From: Octopus vulgaris
Lineage: Eukaryota
NCBI GenBank assembly: GCA_951406725.2
Contig: OX597832.1
Span: 44,454,001-44,518,000 of the forward strand
Length of the DNA stretch: 64,000 nt
Reading direction: 5' to 3'
The notes under the pieces were generated by a model. It was not told where the DNA came from and did not search any database. It saw nothing but the letters and a program-made list of their open reading frames with translations. Positions 24,868 through 37,742 of the stretch are shown in pieces (within the stretch, counting starts at the first letter, position 1; each line of letters begins with the position of its first letter). The translations under genes and the position numbers were made by a program.

Positions 24868-25046
24868 CTATATCGTGGGGTTTGTTACTTTACCAATGAA
24901 ATGGATCATTTTAGTTCGGTCATCAACAACTAAAAACGTGAATGGGTGATTGACATCAAATTGCATCCCAATTCTCGACATATAATTTGAGACCACCATT
25001 CCACTTGCAGCAGCAGCTTCCGTTCCTTCGTATATAGTCGTATCTG
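24868..25046 (-). pseudogene. Serpin copy 3, in-frame 996-bp deletion leaving splice acceptor plus hinge/RCL/C-terminus only
   Basis: Matches copy 6 on both sides of the junction at ~25029 (GTTCCTTC|GTATAT); ORF is 87 aa versus 419 aa for the equivalent ORF of copy 6. Confidence 0.9.
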
Positions 25047-25098
25047 GAGAATATAGAATATGAAGAGAAAATATACAAAATAAATTTGTATAAACATT

Positions 25099-25405
25099 TG
25101 AGGCTACTGACCAGATCTCTAGATGGTGCAAAGTCCCCTTTCATCCCAAGGTAACATGGTGGTGGAACAATGTAGTTGACAGGGTCATTAGGGAAAAGAA
25201 ACAGGCATGGAAAGACTGGAAGAACGGTGGTAGCAGGGAATTGTATCAGATCGCCAGAAGGGAAAATAGGAGACAGGTTTACTTAGTCAGAGGGGAAGCA
25301 GATAAGAAAAAAATTTGTCAATGTTCTGTGTCGTGAGGACCAAAGACTTAAAGTGTTTTGTGTTGCAAGACAGTGTGTGAGAGAGAATCATGATGTTATA
25401 GGAGA
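25099..25405 (+). mobile_element. RTE-like LINE ORF fragment (duplicate at ~43687-43992)
   Basis: Translates as ATDQISRWCKVPFHPKVTWWWNNVVDRVIREKKQAWKDWKNGGSRELYQIARRE. Confidence 0.7.
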
Positions 25406-26834
25406 GATATACACACACACAAATACATGCATGCATGTACACGTACACACACACACATACACACTCATGCATGCATATTTTTATTATGAGTTACTCTCTC
25501 TTTTACTCTTTTACTTGTTTCAGTCATTTGACTGCGGCCATGCTGGAGCACCGCCTTTAGTCGAGCAAATCGACCCCGGGAATTATTCTTTGTATGCCCA
25601 GTACTTATTCTATCAGTCTCTTTTTGCCGAACCGCTAAGTGACGGGGACGTAAACACACCAGCATCGGTTGTCAAGCAATGCTAGGTGGACAAACACAGA
25701 CACACAAACATATACACACACATACATATATACGACAGGCTTCTTTCAGTTTCCGTCTACCAAATCCACCCACAAGGCATTGGTCGGCCCGGGGCTATAG
25801 CAGAAGACACTTGCCCAACCCGGAACCATGTGCTTGGTTAGCAAGCTACTTACCACACAGCCACTCTGCGCCTATATAAATATTTCTGTATAAATATTTC
25901 AAAATGTTGAGTTAGTATGAAGGACGTTGAGTAATTCTGCTTCAAAAAAATTAGATGAAAAACAAAACAAGAATAAAATAACTTGTTGGATTTATGAATG
26001 TTAAAAATCTCCAAACAATTATCAGATAATAGATGAACTGAGAACAATGGAATATTAGGCGTAGGAGTGGCTGTGTGGTAAGTAGCTTGTTAACCAACCA
26101 CATGGTTCCGGGTTCATCCCACTGTGTGGCATCTTGGGCAAATGTCTTCTGCTATAGCCCCGGGCCGACCAATGCTGTGTGAGTGGATTTGGTAGACGGA
26201 AACTGAAAGAAGCCTGTCGTATATATATATGTATGTGTGTGTTTGTGTGTCTGTGTTTGTTCCCCTAGCATTGCTTGACAACCGATGCTGGTGTGTAAAA
26301 GTTTTGTAATGCCACAATTATTGAAACAATGTAATTATTTTATCAAGATCCAAGACATAATTACGAAGGGTGAACACGGGGGCTTAAAAATTTCGAATGT
26401 CTAAATTTAAAACAAAGAATATAAAAGCCAGATGCAATCAACACATACAAAATAATGGAATATTTACTGAGATACTTTATTAATATGAAGCATACAAATA
26501 TTGATTTCACTTCATTCAACCAGAAAATAACGTTTACAGGCAACAGTAGATATATTGTTAAAATAGTAAACTTGCAAAGAAAGGATACTTTAAAAAGTGT
26601 CAAAATTTTCTGTCAATGTATGGCATATACAAATTCATAATATTGATTTAGATTAATGTGGTATTATAATATATCATTGAATAGATATGACCTTGGTTCT
26701 ACACAGTTACAATTATAATGTCCTAAGTCATTTTACTAAAAAAACCATTCTAAATAAATTTGTTCAGTTACATTCTCCACATAATACAATGTAGTATTCC
26801 CTAAGAGGGAAATCTTTGACAGGGCAATATCATC

Positions 26835-27988
26835 TCATGTTGTAGGATCTGTTACTTTACCAATGAAATGGATCATTTTAGTTCGGTCATCAACAACTAA
26901 AAACGTGAATGGGTGATTGACATCAAATTGCATCCCAATTCTCGACATATAATTTGAGACCACCATTCCACTTGCAGCAGCAGCTTCCGTTCCTTCTTCA
27001 TTAACATCAACAAATGCTTTATGAAACATTTCACTGGCATAAATATTCTTCTCACCACCAGTCATCCCAGATAAATCAGCTTTTAGAGGATCAAAAATAT
27101 CAGGGAGTCCAAGCTTTTTCAAAACATCACCCAACTTAAAACTACTCTCTAATGAAATTTTGGCATATTTAATTCTAGAAGCATCATTTTAAATCCTTTT
27201 CTGTCAACAATGTCTTTGAGAAATTGAGCATTAATCTCCTTCTCTAAAGCAGCAAGACCATTGATTTCATTGGGAAGAATTACAAACATACTAAATGCTT
27301 TTCCTATATAAAGTAACTCAACAACTTTATAGTTGTTGCGTATTTTTGTATTAAAATCTTCAGATATATACATAAAATCATGAGATACAGTCTTGTCAGA
27401 GCTTAAATAAAACTTTCTAGATGATGTTGCTTGTTCTGGGAATTTTTCAGCTCACATTCCTTTGAAGTATACAGCATTAATAAGAACTAGAACCGACTGA
27501 GGTGTCAAACTTCCACTTGGTAACAGATCGGTAATTTTGTTATTTGTGTTATTCTTAACCCAATCATTAATAGTAATTCTTGTCTTCTCAGCATTTGTTA
27601 TGAAGTCTACATTTTCAATATCTGAAAAGAAATATTTTACCATGTTGTTCTTGTAGTCTTCTGAAATAGGGAATTTTTCACTGGCATACAAACGATTCAC
27701 TGAATTGAATGTGACAAGTTTATCTGAGTTTTTCAAAAGTGAAAAATATTCTTTAAAAGCCAAAGCTACAGAATCTGGATTTGATGTTATCTTCAAAACA
27801 TTTTCAAACTGTTTGGCAGAGTTTTGTCTTGCTCCCAAATAAACCATTGATAAAACAGTAGCAACACTGAATGGTGACATGAAGACATTTTCATTGGTTC
27901 CTGTAGCCACAGCTTGATAAAGACTGTTTGTAAAATAATCAATTGAAGCAGCAAGGTTACCGATGTCTTGTTTCTCTGCTGAGTCCAT
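26835..27988 (-). pseudogene. Serpin copy 4, nonsense codon (Trp>TGA at 27452) plus 1-bp deletion near 27151; RCL AS-GMVVSNY|MSRIG
   Basis: Three consecutive ORF pieces reconstitute a serpin; two independent lesions. Confidence 0.9.
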
Positions 27989-28533
27989 ATCGTATACGAT
28001 AGTGTCTAGAGAATATAGAATATGAAAAGAAAATATACAAAATAAATTCTGGCAAACATTTCAGTATATTGTAGAAGACATCTATGAAAGCAATGTCTGA
28101 AATCTCTTCTGTTCAAACTTTAAATTTAACTTTTACATGAACATATTTTGTACGGTAACACTCAATATGATTTAAATAGATTTTAAAATAATTAAAAATT
28201 TATAAGATTTAATAATATAACCATTTCTTTCTTCCATTCTTTATGTGGCATTTGGCACATACCTTAAAATGATGTTGAAATGTTTTAGCTTAAATACGGT
28301 GATTATTTACAAAATAGATTTGAACATTATGTATCACATTTAGAATACAGTTAGGAAACAATAAAATTTGGGTTTTTGCATAAATCATTTCAGACCATTT
28401 TCATACAGAATTCTTAGATCACATTAGTGTGTTTTACACTCTCTTGAAATATTGAACAGGAACTGTTTTTCAGGAAATTCTTTTGCATTTCATCTCTTCA
28501 TATTGTATATTCTTTAGATGCCACGGAAATAAT

Positions 28534-29566
28534 ATGGACTAAGCAAAGAAACAAGACTTCGGTAACCTCGCTGCTTCAGTTGATTATTGTACAAAGAGTC
28601 TTTTTCAAGCTGTGTCTACAGGAACCGTTGAAAATGTTTTCATGTCACCATTCAATGTTGCTACCGTTTTATCAATGGTTTATTCTGGAGCAAGACAAAA
28701 CTCTGCCAAACAATTGAAAAGATTTTGAAAATAACTTTAAATACAGATCCTGTAATTTGAGGTTTTAAAGAATATTTTTCACTTTTGAAACACTCAGATG
28801 AACTTATTGCATTGAATTCAGTCAATTGTTTTAGTGCCAATGAAAAATTTCGTATTTCAGAAGACTAAAAGAACATTATTGCAAAAAATTTCTTTTCAGA
28901 TATTGAAAATGTAGACTTCATGACAAATATTGGAAAAGGAAGAATTAATATTAATTACAATGTTGTAAGACAACAAGATGCTAGAATTGTTAGTATGCTG
29001 GGCAAAATACTTAGTAGCAATTTGTCCATCTTGACATTCTGGAGTTGACATTGTCATCCTTTAGGGTTTGACAAAATAAGTACCAATTGAGCACTTGTGT
29101 TGCTGTAATTGATTTACCCCTACAATTAAATTGCTGGCCTTGCACCAAAATTTGAAAGCAGTTTTAATGATTGTGCTGAAAATAACACAAATAACATAAT
29201 TACCGATCTCTTAACAATTTGAAGTTGACACCTCAGTCGGTTCTAGTTCTTATTAATGCTGTGTACTTGAAAAGAATATGGCATAAAATATTCCTATAAA
29301 AAGCAACATCATCTAGAAAGACAATTTTAGCACAAAAATAAGCAACAGCTCTACAGTTGTTGAGTTACCTTATATAGGAAAAGCATTTAGTATGTTTGTA
29401 ATTCTTCCCAATGAAATCAATGGCCTTAATGCTTTAGTGAAGGAGATTAATGCTCAATTTCTCAAAGATATTGTAGACAGAAAAGGGATTTGAAATGATG
29501 CTTCTAGAATTAAATATGCCAAAATTTCGTTTAGAGAGTAGTTTTAAGTTGGGTGATGTTTTGAAA
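28534..29566 (+). pseudogene. Inverted serpin pseudogene, 3'-truncated before the RCL, SINE inserted at ~28965-29160
   Basis: Nucleotide similarity to the serpin CDS on the + strand with many stops and indels; ORF 29495 MMLLELNMPKFRLESSFKLGDVLK. Confidence 0.9.
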
Positions 29567-29804
29567 CCCTACAATCTGCTCAATCCAACTATAGGAAAAC
29601 TGATCTTTCTTACTGTTTCCACCAATGGCACACCCTCTGAAATATTTTCAAATCACTCACTACTGAAATGCAAACCGAGGCAAATTCATATGTAACCTGA
29701 CACCACGATGCCTGATTACTCATCACAGGCAAGTGTTGTCCTTGAAATACCACATCCTGCTAAATGCTGGCCAAGTGACACAACCATCTTGCCTGCTTCA
29801 CCAC

Positions 29805-30180
29805 ATGCCATCATCATCATCATCCATCATTTTGAATCCGGGTTTTGTCCTCATTAACGACGGTGGCCGGATCTACTTCAATGCCATAGCAATTGCCCTC
29901 ACACCATCTCACACATTTTTCGGCAATCCTCCCTTCTCAAGCCAACCATCCCAATCACCTCCTCCACTTGTTCCCTCCACCTGTTCCACAGTCTATTTCG
30001 CTTTTGCCGTCCATTTCCCTCAGACTCTAGCACCCTCTTCACAACTTGCCCCTCATCCCTCGTGTAGCATCTGTTACAAGAAGCAGTTGTTGCTGAAATA
30101 TCATACACTTAAGAATGTCATTCACTTGGCACCAACATTATGTTTGTTTCCCATAAATGAATTGATGTCGCTATGAGAGC
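29805..30180 (-). mobile_element. RTE-like LINE 3' end with (GAT)n tail
   Basis: Minus-strand peptide WREQVEEVIGMVGLRREDC followed by a short 3' UTR and GAT repeats. Confidence 0.55.
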
Positions 30181-30259
30181 AATAACAACCAGATGACTCA
30201 AACTGATCATTGGAGATTTAAATACATCAGCCCTTAAGCCACTCCAGATTTATTTTAAA

Positions 30260-30655
30260 CTAGCAGTATCGCCCGGCGTTGCTCGGGTTTGTAAGGGAAA
30301 TAACTATATAAGCATTTTTAGAGATGTAAAGTATAATAGCCATCTCAATATGGCTAACCACAAAGGGAGGGTGTTACTGTAGCTTTTTATGTTCTGAAAT
30401 TTAATAATACATTTTTAGAGAGTTACTTCCCTTATATATGCCAAAAATGCATTAAAAATGGGGAAAATTGATGGTAAATTATTTTTAAAATCGTAGACTC
30501 ATCGTAGATGCGCGCTATTACCCAGAAGGGCTCGATATGAATCACGACTATAAGATACCCGGTTTTGGTTAAACTGTACTGCAAAATGTGGGAGTAGTTA
30601 GGAATCTAAATCGTAGGAGACAGACAGCACACAACCTCACTTTTATATATAAAGA
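30260..30655 (-). mobile_element. Short non-autonomous Helitron (second family)
   Basis: Minus strand reads A|TCTTTATATATAAAAG ... CCCGAGCAACGCCGGG hairpin, then CTAG|T. Confidence 0.8.
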
Positions 30656-32210
30656 TTCTCTTAACTCTCTCCTTAAATATCGGATGATGTGAAAATGTTT
30701 GCAATTTCGAAAGTTTTAAATGATGTGCCATAGTCAAAGTTTTATTAAACTGAATATATTGGGTGATACTTTCTCTTGTTCACTCATTCTTATATATGTA
30801 TACACACAAACGGGTGTATATATATAACGTATACATGTTTACTCTCCCAGACTCTAGGCTTATGTGTCTCATTTGCTCTTTTCCTCTACTGGGCATTCCA
30901 TCCTGCCGCAGTTTTCATCAGATCAACTGATCCCACGGATTTGAGTCTGCTTCATAAGGTTTTAACTTATGCGGTATCCATTATCCATTTCCATATTACT
31001 TTATGTAGAAAGAAAAGGCTTTCTTCTTTTCTCTACAACAATATTTGTGCCACTTAAATTTCCGTCTCAGCAAAAAGTATTTTTGTGTTGAAAATATATT
31101 CTCAAATCATATTTTCTAATAATTTATTTAAGTTGTTAAGATGTATATTATGTCACTTTATCTATGAGGTCTGATCAAAAATTATCCGGCCTTGTGCTAT
31201 AAAAAAAAAACTACAACACATTTTAATTCAGCATTTAATCCTCTTTGAAGTAGTCCCATTCTGAAGCTACACAAATGACCCAACATTGTTTCCATTCATG
31301 GATGCTTTATGTACCATACACAGTATAAATACATCACAAAATTTCAATTTACTGCAGTATATATCTCCAGATAATATCCTTTAAGAACATGCTGCATATA
31401 AAAATACGATATATATCGAAGGCAGATGAAAATTGTTCTAGTTGCAAGTATGCTAGTTTCTAGCTGCAGCTGGTGAGTGTGTTAGATGTATTTCTGCCTC
31501 ATCTAAGCAGCTGGTTGCCTATGAGTATATGCTATTGATAACATCCAACAGGACCTGAATGCATCTAGTATCCTCACCAACCAACCAACCAACCACTGCT
31601 AGGACAATCTTCATATGCCTGATATAAATAGCATTTTCAAACACAGCATATCTATGTGAGGTTTTATCTCTGTATGAATACTGTATTGAATCAATGTAAT
31701 TTTTTAATGAAGATCTAAGACTAAAATACCAGAGACTATCAAGAGGGCTGAAGAAGTTGAAATGTCTACATTTGTAACAAAGCTATTAAAAGCCAGTTGC
31801 AATTAACACATACATTAAAATGGAATATTTACTGAGATGCTTTATTAATATAAACAGAAATAAAAACATACAAGCATTGATTTCATTTTATTTAACCGGT
31901 AAATAATGTTTACAGGCAACAATAAGTATATTGTTAAAATAATAAACTTGCAAAGAAAGGATACTTTAAAAAGTGTCATATTTTTCTGTCAATATATGGC
32001 AAGTACAAATTCATAATATTGATTTAGATTAATGTGGTATTATAATATATCATTGAATAGATATGACCTTGGGTCTGCCAGATTACAATTATAATGTCCT
32101 AAGTCATTTTACTAAAAAAACGATTCTAAATATATTTGCTCAGTTACATTCTCCACATAATACAATGTAGTATTCCATAAGAGGGAAATCTTTGACAGGG
32201 CAATATCATC

Positions 32211-33374
32211 TTATGTTGTAGGATTTGTCACTTTACCAATGAAATGGATCATTTTAGTTTGGTTGTCAACAATTAAAAATGTGAATGGATGATTGACGTC
32301 AAAATCCATACAATTTATAAAAAATCGTCCTGACACTTTCCTCCTTTCCATTCCACTTGCAGCAGCAGCTTCCGTTCCTTCTTCATTAACATTAACAAAT
32401 GCTTTATGAAACATTTCACTGGCATAAGTATTCTTCTTACCATCACTCATTCCAGATAAATCTGCTTTTCGAGAATCAAAAATATCAGAGAGTCCAAGCT
32501 TTTTCAAAACATCACGCAACTTAAAACTACTCTCTAAACGAAATTTTGGCATATGTAAATCTAGACCCATCATTTGAAATCCTTTTCTGTCTACAATGTC
32601 TTTGAGAAATTCAGCATTAATCTCCTTCTCTAAAGCAGCAAGACCATTGATGTCATTGGGAAGAATTACAAACATACTAAATGCTTTTCCTCTATAAAAT
32701 AACTCAACAACTTTATAGTTGTTGCTTATTTTTGTATTAAAAGCTTCAGATATATACATAAAATCATGAGATACAGTCTTCTCAGAGCGTAAATAAAACT
32801 TTCTAGATGATGTTGCTTGTTCTAGGAATTTTTCAGCCCACATTCCTTTGAAGTATACAGCATTAATAAGAACTAGAACCGTCAGAGTGGTCAAACTTCC
32901 ACTTGGTAACAGATCGGTAATTTTGTTATTTGTGTTATTCTTAACCCAATCATTAATAGTTATTCTTGTCTTCTCAGTATTTGTTATAAAGTCTACATTT
33001 TCAATATCTGAAAAGAAATATTTTACCATGTTGTTCTTGTAGTCTTCTGAAATAGGGAATATTTCACTGGCATACAAACGATTCACTAAATTGGATGTGA
33101 CAAGTTTATCTGAGTTTTTCAAAAGTGAAAAATATTCTTTAAAAGCTAAAGCTACAGAATCTGGATTTGATGTTATCTTCAAAACATTTTCAAACTGTTT
33201 GGCAGAGTTTTGTCTTGCTCCCAAATAAACCATTGATAAAACAGTAGCAACACTGAATGGTGACATGAAGACATTTTCATTGGTTCCTGTAGCCACAGCT
33301 TGGTAAAGACTGTTTGTAAAATAATCAATTGAAGCAGCAAGGTTACCGATGTCTTGTTTTTCTGCTGAGTCCAT
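32211..33374 (-). CDS. Serpin copy 5 (intact, 387 aa); basic RCL AS-GMERRKV|SGRFFINC
   Basis: Complete ORF; start placed at the conserved MDSAEK Met just downstream of the acceptor-like sequence. Confidence 0.95.
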   Translation of the reverse strand: MDSAEKQDIGNLAASIDYFTNSLYQAVATGTNENVFMSPFSVATVLSMVYLGARQNSAKQFENVLKITSNPDSVALAFKEYFSLLKNSDKLVTSNLVNRLYASEIFPISEDYKNNMVKYFFSDIENVDFITNTEKTRITINDWVKNNTNNKITDLLPSGSLTTLTVLVLINAVYFKGMWAEKFLEQATSSRKFYLRSEKTVSHDFMYISEAFNTKISNNYKVVELFYRGKAFSMFVILPNDINGLAALEKEINAEFLKDIVDRKGFQMMGLDLHMPKFRLESSFKLRDVLKKLGLSDIFDSRKADLSGMSDGKKNTYASEMFHKAFVNVNEEGTEAAAASGMERRKVSGRFFINCMDFDVNHPFTFLIVDNQTKMIHFIGKVTNPTT

Positions 33375-33885
33375 ATTGTATTTGGTAGTGTCTAGAGAAT
33401 ATAGAATATGAAGAGAAAACATACGAAATAAATTCTTGCAAACATTTCAAAATAATTTATTAGACATTACTGTAATTAAAGACATCTATGAAAGCAAAGT
33501 CTGAAATCTCTTCTGATCAAACTCTAATATTAACTTTTACATGAACGTATTTCTTAACATAACACAGAGTTGATGTGTTTTAAACACTTTTTAAAATAAT
33601 TAAAAATTTATATATACCATTTTTTCTCCATTATTTATCTGATATTTGGCACATATCTTAAAAGTTTCATTTATAAGATGATGTTGGAACTTATCCATGT
33701 TTACATTTCTGAGACAAATTTGAATGGAGCAGGTTTAGTTTTCATTTTTTGCATATATGGTAAGATAAGGTATCAAGTACAATGATATACTCCACCTGCT
33801 GAGAGCCTGGCCAAATACTTGCAACAAAATGACATCTTCACAAAAGGCCTCCAAGTGCCTTGAGGTGATGTTGAACTAATTAGTG

Positions 33886-34446
33886 TGTAAAGGGAACTGG
33901 TTGCTTCTTTACACTTTTGGGGTGCAACTTGGGTGCAACACAATTTCCTTTCCTTTTTGTTTCTAGAAAATACCAGTCGGTAACAAAACGCAACTTTAAA
34001 AATATATACGATTCTTTATTCTCTTATTCACAAATGAAGCATGATGGCATACTGGTATCCACCTAGTTCAACACAGCAAAGCTGAATTCTAACGTTTGTA
34101 AGATTCTTACAACAATTCAGCATTAATAGAACAGGTCAAATCCTAAGCGTCTGGGACAGGAGAATAGGCTGATCACACGTTTAAAAATACGTCCTTTCTC
34201 TTCTATCGCTGTGTCTCAAGTCAACGAAGCTATTAAGGAACGCGATAGAATTTCTTCCCCAGTCTCTAGCGCATGTGCATGAGGAAACTTCCTTATGCCT
34301 TTCCAGAAGGTTCCAGGAGGTTCCAACCCCGCACACGCATACTGAAGAAGGATGTACCGCACACGCACACTGAAGAAGGATGTACCGCACACACACACTG
34401 AAGAATGACGTTGCGTGTGCGCACATTGGAATATGACGTCAGTACA
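33886..34446. mobile_element. Solo LTR, 561 bp (Gypsy-like 4-bp TSD) with an internal ~28-bp tandem repeat
   Basis: TGTA...TACA termini, TSD AGTG, empty sites at ~2479 and ~14817. Confidence 0.85.
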
Positions 34447-35209
34447 AGTGTAATACCAAGCTAGACCGGATCGGGTAAACCTAGACTCAATGGTTAATAT
34501 TTAGTTTGTAGAATGACCGTGTGAAGGAGAGGTGACGAGAATGTCTCCTTTAGTACGCCGCACGGTCGATTACAATAAATAGGAAAAAGGATGAATGAGT
34601 ATGAATGCCAGCAGGAAAAGAGAGACACAACCAGTCGAATGTTGAAGAGAAAGATTTTATTGATAGGTTAACATGTGTGTCTGTGTGTGTGTCGTGTATA
34701 TATAATAATAGACAGGCCGTCATGTATACATAATGTGTGTGCAGAAACGTGGATGTATGCGTGTGCGATGAGTACAGAGCATTGAAAGAGTCTATAATAG
34801 GACGTTAGAAGAATGCAATGCAGAGCCAGTTGAGGCACGTGTCATGCGTGAAGCTGTGGCTACTATGCAGAGCCGGTTACTTGGTACAGAAGGTTCTCGC
34901 AGGTTGTATCTGCTGTTAACCATGGTGAAATAATTCATGAACAGTGTTGAGTAGAGGCCATTGATTGGTTAAAATCTGAAATATTAAACTACGTTAAACT
35001 TACAAATTACAATTTTCTCAAGAGAGCCAGAAATTGTGTTGAAAACTGCCGTTCAAAAGGAATAGATCCTCCTTTTTTAATTGAAACCATTTTTCTGCAA
35101 GGCCTTCCACATGACCATATCACGCCATCCGACAAATTTTTTTTGGCTACATCCTTCAAGGAACATTTCTAGAGAATAGTAAGTTAAAGTGCGAGCAGAT
35201 TATTGATAT

Positions 35210-35816
35210 TTTATATTATTGGGCAAAAGAAGATTTAGCAAAGGGAATAGCCCAGGAATGCCGTATAGATTGGAGAAATTTTTGCTGTGATATATGTGCA
35301 GAATATTATGTTGCACAAAACAATAAGCTCAGAGGGCCAAACTGAATTGTAGAGATAGATGAAAGAGCGTTTGTTAGAAGAAAATATAATGTTGGCCATC
35401 AGGTTAAAACGCAGTGGGTTTTTGGTGCTTTGGAAAGGGATACTAGAAGATGGTATTTGGTGGCAGTGGAAGATCGGACTGCGGACACTCTTTTAGAAAT
35501 TATACAAGAGCGTATATAGCCTGGTACAACTGTAATTTCTGACCTCTGGCGTTCGTATAATACGCTCAATCACCTAGGATATAGGCATTTGACTGTGAAT
35601 CATTCAATAAATTTTGTTGATCCGGTAACATTTGCCACAACCAACCACATAGAATGTTTATGGAAGCATGTAAAGAATCGCAACAAAAGAGAAAATGGAA
35701 CAGCCCGAAATTTACTTCAATCCCATCTCATTGAATTCATGTGGCGTTATAAATTTAAGGACGAAATCTTTGGAAAGTTATTGGAACAAATTCAACATCT
35801 ATACCCATGCATTTGA
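35210..35816 (+). mobile_element. Merlin transposase relic without the SINE
   Basis: Continuous HLTVNHSINFVDPVT; same internal stops as the other copies. Confidence 0.85.
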
Positions 35817-37742
35817 AACCTTACAGAATAGAAGTATCTACAAAGCATTTGTTTTATATTTCGTTAAATTCTTTCAGTTGAAAATTATATTTTTATATTC
35901 TAAATAATTTGCAATTTCAGAAAATATATTAACTTTGCGTTTTTTAATTTGATAAATTCTACGGAAACAAACAAGTGACGTCAGATTGAAGTCACACTTT
36001 CTTTTACTTTCCTCCTGACAGCTAATTCCGTAGTGGTGCCTGTAACAGGATGTAGCGCAACTACGTGCTCTTTTGTTTTCTTACACACACGCCGCCTCAA
36101 TTAAGGTCGGGTAAACATTTAAATTAACATTTATTTGTTGATGCTCGTATCCCACCAATGGAGCACGCGTGTGGCCCACTGGTATCATCATTAAAGGGGA
36201 TGAGGAGTAAAAAAAAAAAATCATAAATTTTCCAAACCATTTTTTCATAACAAGATGTTTCCCATCATTTCGAAGGTTGTGGTGAAAAACAATCGGGAAA
36301 ACCCTGTCCAAAAGGGAGAAATTCCAACTTATGTGGTCTTCTTGATCGGAAACTCCTCTCCCTGCTCCTAAAAATTTTTTCCAAAAAAAATTTCTTTATA
36401 ATCTTAATCTATGCCGTTTGGAAGGTATTTATATAAAATTTCACTAAAAGATATCCATTTTCCTGAAAGTTATGAGAGAAAAAATCGGATTGTGTGAATT
36501 TTGCGAAAGTCCTCTCCTCATCCCCGTTTCGTTTGCGCAAATTTTGTTTTCCAGATTCGTTAACTTTTTCTTCTTGTTCTGGTGGCCGGGTATTAAACTT
36601 GTAGTGTGATGGATGAAGAAGACAACAGAAAAAGAAGCAACGGGAGAAAGAAATACAAAAGGCCGTACCTCTTCGAAATCAGCGGTCTCTTTCACGAATT
36701 CGACACGTCTTCACGCTTTCCCGTCTATGTTGGAACTGTCCTGCTTGATAAACTCCTGCTGCGCATGCATTCTGCAGTCTTCCGCCCACTTCATCTATCA
36801 CCAGTGCACCACTTAGCTCATCACATCCTATAACACCGACTGCCAACACCACAAAACTAGGTAGTAACCGATTCGCTGGCAGAAAAGTTAGCACGCCGGG
36901 CGAAATGCTTAGCGGTATTTCGTCAGCGATACGTTGTGAGTTCAAATTCCGCCGAGGTCGAGTTTGCCTTTCATCCTATCGGGGTCGATAAATTAAGTAC
37001 CAGTTACGCACTGGGGTCGATGTAATGGACTGGATACCTATGTCTGTCCTTGTTTGTTCCCCCTGTGTTTAGCCCCTTGTGGGCAATAAAGAAATAGGTA
37101 TCCCAGACACTCCTATTAGATTGATACAGAAATTTAACCGTTTTCTTATTTTTTAAGGTAGGATATGATTTTAGGAAGATTTGGCTGGTCTATTGACCAC
37201 GTAGGTTTTTTCTCTTTGACTCATATCTAGACTTTCATGTCAGCCAAGCTTTTTAAAGAATGAAAGTTTTCGAAAATGAACACGTTAATAATAAATAATT
37301 TCCATTATTTTATTTCATACAAAAACATTCGGTTAATGTGAATAACTTGTCTTATTTTATCTAAAAAGACGAAGTAAAAAAAAAAAAAGAATTTAATCTG
37401 CTACATGGTGAAGTTTTGCCGTGATTTGACTTTCAAATAATGCATGACAAAACTATGGAATGTCGTCGATAATGAAGAGACTTTGCGAGGAAAGTTCGAG
37501 CGACGTGGCAATGAATGTGAAGTAATTAGTATGTCGAGTTAGGTTCCTTGCTGATAGAGAGTTAAAATGGGAGAAACTTTTTTGTTTTAAAATTTCTATA
37601 GCGCAAAATAGAAGTTAACTGCAGCATAAAGTAGAAAAGAAGTTCTGCCGACGACCACGTAGACTGCAGTTGACTCCAGAAAGTGTACGGTAGACTAATT
37701 AACGATCTCGGCGTATAATGTGTGACGAACCAGAAATAATAA

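Larger units (their letters stand above)
14298..25490. repeat. Segmental duplication unit, paralogous to ~33375-44078
   Basis: Colinear near-identical Merlin, Helitron, SINEs, hammerhead element, serpin 3/6 and RTE fragment. Confidence 0.95.

Noticed and set aside
34328-34412. ~28-bp direct repeats resembling a CRISPR-like array
   Set aside because: No spacers; simple tandem repeat inside a solo LTR in eukaryotic DNA
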